In this document: one piece after another, positions 49,200 through 57,712 of the stretch
Numbering within the stretch: the first letter of the stretch is position 1
How the letters are laid out: each line of letters opens with the position of its first letter
From: a virus
Lineage: Duplodnaviria > Caudoviricetes
IMG/VR virus record: IMGVR_UViG_3300025898_000005
Location: 124-64,123 of that record
Length of the DNA: 64,000 nt
Direction: 5' to 3' (one strand)
Made by a program: the position numbers and the translations under genes
The notes under the pieces: generated by a model
What the model saw: the letters and a program-made list of their open reading frames with translations, nothing else
What the model was told of the DNA's origin: nothing
Database searches by the model: none

Positions 49200-50813
49200 A
49201 TGCTCTCTCTACAAGAAAAAGTTAACCGCCTTTCCATCATCGGCGTGGAATGGATGGGCGCCGAAGTGCAGTATGTCATCCAGAATAATTACGAATACCT
49301 CCCGGAAATTGAGGATATGACCGATGATGACTTCGAAAAGTTCATTTCCGATCTGGCCCCCCGGATGCCGACTGTTATCGATAAATCCCTGGAAGTGGTG
49401 AAATCTGGTTCGAAGCTCCTGCGGGAACATGAACGGATCAGTAGCAGGGCGATGGCGGTCGGCCGGAAGATTAAGGACGATGCCGATGCCGCCTATGCCA
49501 TTGAAGATCCTAAACTTCGCTTTGAGGCCTTGGCAAAGGTGGATGAACGGGCCAATAAGTTTCTGGTCAACTGCCGGACGCGCTCCACCGAAATGAAAGA
49601 AGCCCGGAGCGCCGTCACCCAGGTTTGTTCCAGGATCGTTACTATGTTCACAGAACTGGAAAATCCGCTGGACAATAAAACCGGCCCCATCCCGAAGTCC
49701 ATCCAGGAATTCCGCAACCGGTATGCGAAGGACTTGGTGGTGGAACAGGAACGCATAAAAAAGGAAGCCAAACTGGCGGCCGACAAAAAGATTGAAGCGG
49801 TGGATCTTCGGGCCTGGGTGAAGAATGCCATCGGGCAGGCCTTGGTAAACTATAAGGCTGCCAGGAAATTGGCCTGGACGGAATCCTTCAATGCCATCAC
49901 CTTGGATAATTATGAAGACAAGAAGGTAAAGATGGATGCCGTCAATACTGCCTTCCCTGCAGCGAAACTTCGGGAACTGATCATTATGAAGCCACCCTAC
50001 CCTGTTATAAAATATCTCACTCCCGAAGAAAACAACGCCATCATCAATGAAGAATGGGATGTCTATGACTTTTTCACCTTCTATACGGAGTATGGGCAGG
50101 AGATGTCCGACCTGAAAAAGGATCTGCAGGACAAACTTCCCAGCAAACTGGCCGAACTGCAGGAGGCAAAACGGATATCCGACAAGGCGGAAGAAGACCG
50201 GCTGGCCCTCATAGAATCTAATCGGATAGCGGAAGAGAACCGGCAGGCCGCCCTGCTGAAGGCAAAGGGGGAAAAGGAAAAAGAACGTCTTCGCCGTCTG
50301 GGGATTCAGCAACGCTGGGATGAACGCAAACGCCTGAACAAAATCCAGGCCGATGCTGATAAAGAAGCCGCCCGGCTCTTAAAGGAGAAAGAAACCCGGG
50401 AACAGGAACAGGCCCAACAATTGAAAAGTGAACAGGAAGCCGCCCAGACCAAAATATCCAGCGCCGCCGAATTGGGCCGGCAGGCGGGGCATACTGCCAC
50501 CCTTTTTGAAGAAATGTCCGCCACCGCCTCTTCCGGAAATGCCCCATCGGCTAAGAATGGTTTTGAAATAAAGGTGAAGAGCCCGGCCGGCTGGGTAGAA
50601 ATATTCGGCTTTTGGATGCAGCGGGAAGGGATGATGCTGATGCCGGACGATCTGGAGAAGAAAAGCCTGGGTCAGATGAAGAAGGCGGTGGAAGCCATCG
50701 CCGCCAAAGCCCAAAAGAATGGTAAAATAGATCAGATTGTCAGTGAGCATCTTATCTATGAAACGAAGATTACAGCCCGTAATGTGCGGGAAAAAGACGA
50801 AAAAACCGCATAA
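49200..50813 (+). CDS. Coiled-coil protein of the recombination module
   Basis: Long charged helices between RecT and the exonuclease. Confidence 0.7.
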   Translation: MLSLQEKVNRLSIIGVEWMGAEVQYVIQNNYEYLPEIEDMTDDDFEKFISDLAPRMPTVIDKSLEVVKSGSKLLREHERISSRAMAVGRKIKDDADAAYAIEDPKLRFEALAKVDERANKFLVNCRTRSTEMKEARSAVTQVCSRIVTMFTELENPLDNKTGPIPKSIQEFRNRYAKDLVVEQERIKKEAKLAADKKIEAVDLRAWVKNAIGQALVNYKAARKLAWTESFNAITLDNYEDKKVKMDAVNTAFPAAKLRELIIMKPPYPVIKYLTPEENNAIINEEWDVYDFFTFYTEYGQEMSDLKKDLQDKLPSKLAELQEAKRISDKAEEDRLALIESNRIAEENRQAALLKAKGEKEKERLRRLGIQQRWDERKRLNKIQADADKEAARLLKEKETREQEQAQQLKSEQEAAQTKISSAAELGRQAGHTATLFEEMSATASSGNAPSAKNGFEIKVKSPAGWVEIFGFWMQREGMMLMPDDLEKKSLGQMKKAVEAIAAKAQKNGKIDQIVSEHLIYETKITARNVREKDEKTA

Positions 50814-50822
50814 ATTACAGTT

Positions 50823-51506
50823 ATGGAATGGGTGAAGGATCCATATTATTCCCTGCCGGAATGCAGCAATTCAGACCTTTCCTGGATGCTATCCTTTTTT
50901 GAACCGGAGGATTTGAAATATGACAAGGAAAAGGCCTACGCCGCCGGGACCTTGCTGGATTGCTGCATTACGGAAGCCCACAAGGTGAACTATTTTAAAC
51001 ATACTTGTGCTGGGAATCAATATACAAAGGAGGATTTCGACCGGACGGCGAAGATGAAGGCTTCCTTTTGGCGGGACCCATACTGCCGGATGCTGGCAGA
51101 AAACAGCGATATGCAAAAGATCACCCGCTGCCAAGACTTCAAAATAACCTATGATGGTCTGACCTTTGTGCTGCCTTTCCGGATTAAATGGGATCTTTAC
51201 GCATGGCACACGATCAACCAGGGCGGCGATATCAAAAGTACCACAGCTAAGACATGGGCTGAATTTCTGGCTGCCTGTAAGCACTTTCAATATTTCCGCC
51301 AGCGGGCCCTTTATATGGATGTGGAGAGTGCCGCCCTGGGCCGATCCATCGATACGGATACCCTGATTGGGATCAGCAAGGTGAACTACCAGGTTTTCAA
51401 AGTTCCCATTGTCCGGGGCGGCGAATTGTACAATATCGGCCGGGAGCAATACAGCCGCCTGGGCTTCCAGTATGCATCACTATTTGGTAACATTAAAGCA
51501 GCATAA
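50823..51506 (+). CDS. PD-(D/E)XK exonuclease (RecE/ExoVIII-like)
   Basis: SNSDL, GTLLDCCITE, RIKWD...GDIKST...YFRQRALY. Confidence 0.75.
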   Translation: MEWVKDPYYSLPECSNSDLSWMLSFFEPEDLKYDKEKAYAAGTLLDCCITEAHKVNYFKHTCAGNQYTKEDFDRTAKMKASFWRDPYCRMLAENSDMQKITRCQDFKITYDGLTFVLPFRIKWDLYAWHTINQGGDIKSTTAKTWAEFLAACKHFQYFRQRALYMDVESAALGRSIDTDTLIGISKVNYQVFKVPIVRGGELYNIGREQYSRLGFQYASLFGNIKAA

Positions 51507-51516
51507 TATATCAACC

Positions 51517-52338
51517 ATGAACGATCAACTAGGAATACCCAAACAAGAGATACCGGCCGACTTTAAGAAATGGGCTGGACAATTAGCTATTAAGACTGCT
51601 AAAGAACAGGAGTTTAATTTCGGGCATAGTCGAATAGCTCATGTAGACGGATTTATCGAAGGAGCAATTAACACCTACCGTCATCTCCACTCCCAGCCCC
51701 CTTCTCATATACGCCTTCCTGATGGTTCATTTGCGGGTCCAGCATCATATCTTCTTCAAAAAAGGCTAAATGAGTTATACAACGGATTCAATATAACAAT
51801 GTTAGGGGAAAACGAATCCCGCCTGCGTAAGTTTATCAATGGACTGGTCAAAGATTTCGAAGAGTTGGATCAGAAATCCGTTTTCTCTATAGAAGAGACC
51901 GACCCTTGGTTTATTTTAAAGTATGTAAAAATAGTTTTAGAGCGCGGCTTTCCTCTCAAAGATGTTATTGAACTGATCCGGAAAAAGCTACATCAACATT
52001 CGAAAGTAACCCAGGAAGAGACAAAAAAATTAGATAGGAAGGAATATGAAAACTGGATAAGAAATACAATTCAGGACGTATTTTCCCCAGGCAACAATGA
52101 TTATTTAATCGAAAGGTTGGCATTTGAATTTGATGCCCATGTCAGTGCTGTATATGAAGGTGCTGAAGAATGGGAAAGTAAATATCTGGAATCGAATGCT
52201 AAAATTACTATCCTTACCCAGCAGCGTGATCAGGCCCGGGAAAGCCTTCAAAAGATGATCGATGTAGCCGATCAATATAAAAAAACGATAGAAGAACTTT
52301 CTGGCACTCCCAGAAAACCAGGAGGGCCCGTATCATGA
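51517..52338 (+). CDS. Hypothetical protein (low GC)
   Basis: ATG at 51517. Confidence 0.6.
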   Translation: MNDQLGIPKQEIPADFKKWAGQLAIKTAKEQEFNFGHSRIAHVDGFIEGAINTYRHLHSQPPSHIRLPDGSFAGPASYLLQKRLNELYNGFNITMLGENESRLRKFINGLVKDFEELDQKSVFSIEETDPWFILKYVKIVLERGFPLKDVIELIRKKLHQHSKVTQEETKKLDRKEYENWIRNTIQDVFSPGNNDYLIERLAFEFDAHVSAVYEGAEEWESKYLESNAKITILTQQRDQARESLQKMIDVADQYKKTIEELSGTPRKPGGPVS

Positions 52339-52718
52339 AGAATCTATCCGAACCACCTATCGGCATCCTGCTGACCATGGGCCAGAAAGTGATCGATGCC
52401 AATGGCGGCATCCGGCCCTTTCAGGAACATTTCACCAACTGCGTGAATAATGGCGGTCTTTGGCTGCAAAAGAGCCGGGCCGCTCCCCAGCACGATATCG
52501 CCCATATCTATCTGGTTTGCGAAAATTCCATCTGGGGGCGGGTATATTATGGCGGTTATTGCAAAGAGATCAACAAAACGGTCTTTATGCTGGATGGGGA
52601 GGAACGCCGGTTCCCGTGGCCCCATATGATGCTGGCCGGTCCGATGGATATGCCGCCCCATGATATCCCCATGCGGGGCTTTCAGGGATTTCGATATGTA
52701 TATAAAAACCTTTGGTAA
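52335..52718 (+). CDS. ASCH/PUA-like hypothetical protein
   Basis: C-terminal IPMRGFQGFRY motif. Confidence 0.5.
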   Translation: MKNLSEPPIGILLTMGQKVIDANGGIRPFQEHFTNCVNNGGLWLQKSRAAPQHDIAHIYLVCENSIWGRVYYGGYCKEINKTVFMLDGEERRFPWPHMMLAGPMDMPPHDIPMRGFQGFRYVYKNLW

Positions 52719-53263
52719 TGCTAAGATATAAAGGTAAAAAAAGAAGAGATTATCCCCAGGGTGTCATCCACCTGCCAATGGATATATGGGTAGATTTCAC
52801 CCATCACAATAATATAGAAGTGCTGCATAAGGTTGGGAAAATACTTTCTTTTCTTTATGATAATAGAACTGATTATCAATGGTGCAGGCACAGATTACCA
52901 AACCCAAAATCCAGGCAGGAACTTCATGAATTTTTTAAAAGGATACGTCCCAGGTTTCGCTATGAGCATGAATGGGCGGACCTTAGAAAGGAATTTACAT
53001 CCTTCTATTATGCCCCCCGTCCTAAATATTGGAATGAAGTGTTGCCTGATAAAGTGGTCCTATGGGCATCCAGGCGACTGGCGGCTCTTCAAGGAAAAGA
53101 AGCATGTGTCGATAATTTTCGGGTGGCGCGGGTCGGAAACACCTGCCAGGAACGCCGATATCGACGGCAGGTAAAAGATGGTTGTTGCGGCTTTATGGAT
53201 ATCATTGAAATTTGCCCGCACGATGGGCATGCATATCGCCTTGGATTTAACTATGGGCATTAA
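52712..53263 (+). CDS. Hypothetical protein
   Basis: CVDNFR...GCCGFMD...GFNYGH C-terminal domain. Confidence 0.55.
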   Translation: MVMLRYKGKKRRDYPQGVIHLPMDIWVDFTHHNNIEVLHKVGKILSFLYDNRTDYQWCRHRLPNPKSRQELHEFFKRIRPRFRYEHEWADLRKEFTSFYYAPRPKYWNEVLPDKVVLWASRRLAALQGKEACVDNFRVARVGNTCQERRYRRQVKDGCCGFMDIIEICPHDGHAYRLGFNYGH

Positions 53264-53288
53264 ACGGTAATCAATTAAATTAAACTAT

Positions 53289-53963
53289 ATGGCTAAACAG
53301 ACACCCCCTGAACTTTCGATGGATGATGTGCATGAAAATGCCCGGCTGGCAGATATCGGCGGTGCCGATAATTCCGGAAATTCCGATGATGATGAACCGA
53401 AAGAAAAAAGGAAACGCGGCCGACCACCCGGCAAAAAGGAACCGGAAGCTGCCGCCCCCCGCATGCGCAAACCGGTAGAGATCCGCGCCGGCGCCCTGAA
53501 GGACAAAATATTCTGTTCCTTCGCCTATGACCACAATCTTAGTCCGACCGCGACCAACGAAGTAAGGATAAAGTCGGAAGTCCCGGTCCATCCCGATATG
53601 GTGGAGGCCTTCAAAAAGTTCATCCCTCACATGGCCATCATCTTCCAGGGAATCCGTCAGGAGGACCTGGACGGTGATCTTCCCCAGGATGAACACGATC
53701 CCATCTTCATCAAACTGGCTTCCTACGATGTCACCGCCTTCAAATTGGAAGAGTACGATGACGCGGAAGCCATCATCTTGATCGGGTCGGAATCCCTGCC
53801 TACCGGCGAAGCCCGGCTGGAAACCCCGCCGATTAAATTCGCCAATTCAAAATATTCCAACGCCGGGGAACTGCGGATCGTAACCGATGACGTTCTTTTT
53901 GAGATTGAAGAATATTTGAATGGCCGGAAAAAGGCCGAAGATATCCAGACATCGCTTTTTTAG
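53289..53963 (+). CDS. Conserved Bacteroidota-phage protein with AT-hook-like segment
   Basis: KRGRPPGKK; PVHPDM...HMA; EIEEYL.GRK. Confidence 0.65.
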   Translation: MAKQTPPELSMDDVHENARLADIGGADNSGNSDDDEPKEKRKRGRPPGKKEPEAAAPRMRKPVEIRAGALKDKIFCSFAYDHNLSPTATNEVRIKSEVPVHPDMVEAFKKFIPHMAIIFQGIRQEDLDGDLPQDEHDPIFIKLASYDVTAFKLEEYDDAEAIILIGSESLPTGEARLETPPIKFANSKYSNAGELRIVTDDVLFEIEEYLNGRKKAEDIQTSLF

Positions 53964-54017
53964 TCGTAACCAAAACGGCCCCGCCAGCTGGTGGGGCTTA
54001 CTTTAAGATAAAATTCA

Positions 54018-55715
54018 ATGGTATATGGTTCAGTTTGTTCTGGGATAGAATGTGCCACGGTCGCATGGCATCCGCTTGGATGGACCCCGGCGTGGTTCAG
54101 TGAGATAGAACCCTTCCCTTGCCGGTTACTTGCCCATTATTACCCCACCGTGCCCAACCTGGGCGATATGCTCAAACTACATGAAAAAGAAATCTTCCAG
54201 CAATCAAACATCGATGTCCTGGTCGGAGGAACCCCCTGCCAATCCTTCAGCACCGCCGGCCTCCGGGCAGGACTTGACAGTCCTAATGGAAACCTGGCCC
54301 TGCAGTTTTGTAGAATTCTTACAATTAAGCGGCCGCGCTGGTTTGTTTGGGAGAACGTCCCCGGCGTTTTTTCATCTAAAAAAGGGGAAGACTTCCGATC
54401 AATCCTTTGCGGGTTTTCAGAATGCGGGTATAGTTGCGCCTGGCGGGTGCTGGACGCTAAGTTTTTCGGAGTACCCCAGCGCCGCCGTAGAGTCTTCGTT
54501 GTCGGATATCTTGGAAACGACTGGCGACCACCTGCAGCGGTACTATTTGAGCCCGAAGGCTTGCGAAGGGATATTGCGCCGGGCAGCGGCAAGGGGAAGG
54601 CAGTTGCCGCCCTTACTAAAACAGGCGTTGGAACATGTGGTGCAGATGACAACCAAGCCCAAGCCGGACACATTATCGTCGGAACCATAGACGCCAGCGA
54701 CGACGGGAAAAAGCAAAATTTGATCTGTTGGTCGATCATGCCGATGAACAGTTCAAAGGATTACAAGGCCAGAGAAGTAGAGGTTTCCCAGCCCATCACC
54801 ACCCAGCAGGGTATTTCAAATAATGGCGGCGATATCGTTCAGCAGTTCCCGCAAGGCTTTCAATCCAGCCAGTCCGACCTACGCCTTGTCGATACCCACG
54901 CCACGTTGGACGCCAACAATGGGCCGCGCCAGCATAACGGAATCATTAACGGATCGATCGTCAGGCGGTTGACGCCTTTGGAATGCGAACGCCTGCAAGG
55001 ATTCCCGGAAATTTTAAACGAAGTATTTATATGCGTGGACGAGAAACAAGAAAATGCATTATTTGCGGAACAGAATTTACTGCTCCTAAAGCAAAAAATA
55101 AAAGAACTTGTGGCCGTGCATGTGCAGACAAACTCCGTGCAATCAATTCTTCAAATACACAATGCAGAAAAATTACTATTATCTGTCAATGGTGCGGAAA
55201 AGGAAAAAAGGTTTCCCCTACCTATGGCAACCGCCGATTTTGTTCATCTCCTTGCGCTTATGCCTTCAATAGTGGACCGAACAATAAGTTATGGAAAGGA
55301 GGAATTACCCGATTGCATCAAACTTTTTTCACAAGCCTTGAATGGAAACGGGTTTGTCAGGTTATCTGGGCAAGATATCAAAGAGTTTGCCAGCGATGTG
55401 GAAAGCGGCATCGCCATGGTGAAAAGACTTTCGAAGTCCATCATGTCAGAAGTTGGGCTAAATATCCCAGTCTTAGAACAGTTCCTGAAAATCTGGTCCT
55501 CCTTTGTTACAACTGCCATAAATTCGTTCATTCCAGACGAAATAAAAAGCGTTGGTTCTTACTGGATTAGAGTATCTATACCTCATGGATATACTGCCAT
55601 CCCCGGCGCGGTGGATACGCCCAGATATGAGGCTATTGGTAATAGTATGGCCGTGCCGGTGATGTACTGGATTGGCCAACGGATTGATAAAGTAGATAAA
55701 ATATTCAACAAATGA
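54018..55715 (+). CDS. DNA (cytosine-5) methyltransferase with an in-frame insertion of about 192 codons
   Basis: SVCSGIE (I), GGTPCQSFS (IV), WENV (VI), PQRRRRVF (VIII), RRLTPLECERLQGFP (IX), RYEAIGNSMAVPV (X). Confidence 0.9.
   Translation: MVYGSVCSGIECATVAWHPLGWTPAWFSEIEPFPCRLLAHYYPTVPNLGDMLKLHEKEIFQQSNIDVLVGGTPCQSFSTAGLRAGLDSPNGNLALQFCRILTIKRPRWFVWENVPGVFSSKKGEDFRSILCGFSECGYSCAWRVLDAKFFGVPQRRRRVFVVGYLGNDWRPPAAVLFEPEGLRRDIAPGSGKGKAVAALTKTGVGTCGADDNQAQAGHIIVGTIDASDDGKKQNLICWSIMPMNSSKDYKAREVEVSQPITTQQGISNNGGDIVQQFPQGFQSSQSDLRLVDTHATLDANNGPRQHNGIINGSIVRRLTPLECERLQGFPEILNEVFICVDEKQENALFAEQNLLLLKQKIKELVAVHVQTNSVQSILQIHNAEKLLLSVNGAEKEKRFPLPMATADFVHLLALMPSIVDRTISYGKEELPDCIKLFSQALNGNGFVRLSGQDIKEFASDVESGIAMVKRLSKSIMSEVGLNIPVLEQFLKIWSSFVTTAINSFIPDEIKSVGSYWIRVSIPHGYTAIPGAVDTPRYEAIGNSMAVPVMYWIGQRIDKVDKIFNK
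54181..54690 (+). CDS. Overprinted +1-frame ORF inside the MTase (beta-subunit-like)
   Basis: SLSDILE...RYYLSPKACEGILRRA..RG..LP..L..AL motif; start uncertain. Confidence 0.6.
   Translation: MKKKSSSNQTSMSWSEEPPANPSAPPASGQDLTVLMETWPCSFVEFLQLSGRAGLFGRTSPAFFHLKKGKTSDQSFAGFQNAGIVAPGGCWTLSFSEYPSAAVESSLSDILETTGDHLQRYYLSPKACEGILRRAAARGRQLPPLLKQALEHVVQMTTKPKPDTLSSEP
55031..55570 (+). CDS. HNH endonuclease with Zn-ribbon repeats, nested in the MTase gene in the +2 frame
   Basis: CxxC repeats, N.LWKGG, CQRCG...EVHHV...NLVLLCYNCHKFVH; ATG in tatttatATG context. Confidence 0.85.
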   Translation: MRGRETRKCIICGTEFTAPKAKNKRTCGRACADKLRAINSSNTQCRKITIICQWCGKGKKVSPTYGNRRFCSSPCAYAFNSGPNNKLWKGGITRLHQTFFTSLEWKRVCQVIWARYQRVCQRCGKRHRHGEKTFEVHHVRSWAKYPSLRTVPENLVLLCYNCHKFVHSRRNKKRWFLLD

Positions 55716-55993
55716 CCCAGAATCAACAGGATACGCTAATCGATATGCTCCGGGGTGCCTATCTCATAAAGACCCGGGACAGCAATAAACGGCCCTGCTA
55801 TAAACTCTATACCGGAAACAACAGCCCGCTCCGGTATATCAAAAACAGCCATTTGCCTCCCTGGGATTGTTTAAAGGTATCGAAGTCCGATCCGAACAGA
55901 ATCGGACTGAGCCGGCGGACGATCCAGGGATATCACGGGAAATCCATTATTAAAAAATTGTACCTAAAATATCGGAAGGATGGAATTAAATAA
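55712..55993 (+). CDS. Basic hypothetical protein
   Basis: Coupled ORF. Confidence 0.55.
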   Translation: MTQNQQDTLIDMLRGAYLIKTRDSNKRPCYKLYTGNNSPLRYIKNSHLPPWDCLKVSKSDPNRIGLSRRTIQGYHGKSIIKKLYLKYRKDGIK

Positions 55994-56954
55994 ATTTACC
56001 CAGGGGGAGGCATTGGAGCAATTGCGGAAGATGCCGGATAATTTGGTCCACTGTATCGTAACATCGCCACCCTACTGGGGTCTTAGGAATTACGGGGTGG
56101 ATCAACAGTTGGGCATGGAGCATACCCCGGAAGGATATATCCAGAACATGGTGGACGTATTCCGGGAATGCCGGCGGCTTCTCCGGGATGACGGCACCCT
56201 GTGGCTGAACCTGGGCGATACCTATATGGGCGGCAAAGGGGCCAACGGTGCATCACAGGCCTACAGCCAGCATACGAACGCCATCAACCAGGTTGCCCTT
56301 CATACTACCGCACCGGGAGAATTCCGGCCGAATGATCGCCCCCACCCTTTTATAAAGGCAAAGGAACTGGTGGGGATACCCTGGCGGGTCGCGCTGGCGT
56401 TGCAGGCAGACGGATGGTATTTACGACAAGATATTATATGGCATAAGCCGAACCCCATGCCGGAATCGGTAACGGACCGGTGTACGAAGGCCCATGAATA
56501 CATCTTTCTTTTGACGAAGGGGAAAAAGTATTACTACAATGCTGCCGCCATTGCTGAAAAGGCTATCTACTCCAACGTGGCCGGCATGGATTCAACCGGG
56601 TATAAGGATGCGATGAAGTTCAATAAAAAGATGGCCGGCACCGGTCTACAGAGCAAAAGGAAAGATTACCCTGGCGCCGATATCGGCACCCGCAATAAAA
56701 GGTCAGTCTGGCCCATTGCCACGATTCCTTATAAGGATGCCCACTTTGCGACCTTCCCCGAAGAGCTACCCCGCCTTTGCCTGCTGGCCGGCTGTCCTGT
56801 AGGCGGGATCATGCTGGATCCTTTTTCCGGGGCTGGAACCGGCCCGATGGTGGCCCGGATGCTGGGGATCAACTTCTACGCCATCGAACTAAACCCGAAA
56901 TACATCAAACTGGCGGAACGCCGCCTGAAAAAAAGACTGGGACTTTTTATATGA
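55980..56954 (+). CDS. DNA N4-cytosine / N6-adenine methyltransferase (beta class)
   Basis: VTSPPYW, WLNLGD, IIWHKPNPMPES, HFATFP, LDPFSGAGT. Confidence 0.9.
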   Translation: MELNKFTQGEALEQLRKMPDNLVHCIVTSPPYWGLRNYGVDQQLGMEHTPEGYIQNMVDVFRECRRLLRDDGTLWLNLGDTYMGGKGANGASQAYSQHTNAINQVALHTTAPGEFRPNDRPHPFIKAKELVGIPWRVALALQADGWYLRQDIIWHKPNPMPESVTDRCTKAHEYIFLLTKGKKYYYNAAAIAEKAIYSNVAGMDSTGYKDAMKFNKKMAGTGLQSKRKDYPGADIGTRNKRSVWPIATIPYKDAHFATFPEELPRLCLLAGCPVGGIMLDPFSGAGTGPMVARMLGINFYAIELNPKYIKLAERRLKKRLGLFI

Positions 56955-57697
56955 AATATGATAATCAAAAGGTCGGACTGGGTCTTTCTGGCGGCATAAA
57001 TTCTATGGCTGTTCTTTGCTGGCTGATAGAAACCGGTGAGCAGCCGGCGGAATTACATATTTATTATGCCCATTTTGCCGAACACTCCCCGGATACTTTT
57101 CAATTTGTGGCTGACGGCATTAGGATGGCCAGGAAACATTTCAATAAGGTGGTGGTGAAAATTACCAGTAATAGCGTTCTGGCCTATTTCGAGAAGATAC
57201 GCATGATTCCCCACCCCAGGCAATCTCCTTGCACAGGGCATCTGAAGACTTTTCCGATGGAGGCATACTGGATAGATAACGGCGTTTCTATAGACCTTAT
57301 CGGGTATGTAAAGGAAGAGAAGAGAAGAATGGATAAAATACTGGCCAACGGATCTAATAACCTTTTTACCAGTAAGGATTTCCCCATCCATCTTTTTACC
57401 AATGAATGGTGTTTCGATATTGTGGATCGTATGCTGGGGTGGCATCCGGCTATTTATGACATTCGGGACGATAAGGGTAATCGGGTGTTTTCCCACAATA
57501 ATTGTCTCCCTTGTAAAAACATGTGGATCAAAGCCATGAAGGATGTACAAACATATTATCCACGATATATGCAGCGAGCGATTGCTACTTCCAATAAACT
57601 GAAATCTTACTGGGGACGAGAGGCGGATAAATATTATACGGAATTTGGCAGGGAGGATTTCGAACCGGGACAGTGCGCTGTTTGCGCTTTTGATTAA
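56951..57697 (+). CDS. PAPS-reductase-like PP-loop protein with Cys cluster
   Basis: GLSGGINS, PCTGHLK, IGYVKEE..R, HNNCLPCK, CAVC. Confidence 0.7.
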   Translation: MKYDNQKVGLGLSGGINSMAVLCWLIETGEQPAELHIYYAHFAEHSPDTFQFVADGIRMARKHFNKVVVKITSNSVLAYFEKIRMIPHPRQSPCTGHLKTFPMEAYWIDNGVSIDLIGYVKEEKRRMDKILANGSNNLFTSKDFPIHLFTNEWCFDIVDRMLGWHPAIYDIRDDKGNRVFSHNNCLPCKNMWIKAMKDVQTYYPRYMQRAIATSNKLKSYWGREADKYYTEFGREDFEPGQCAVCAFD

Positions 57698-57712
57698 CAA
57701 TGAAATTTTTAT

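Noticed and set aside
49209-50312. 367-aa minus-strand ORF
   Set aside because: Antisense shadow of the coiled-coil gene
55008-55586. Group I intron or intein as the carrier of the HNH gene
   Set aside because: Flanks outside the HNH ORF are only about 15-20 nt, and the host frame shows no N-terminal C/S block or C-terminal HN intein motif
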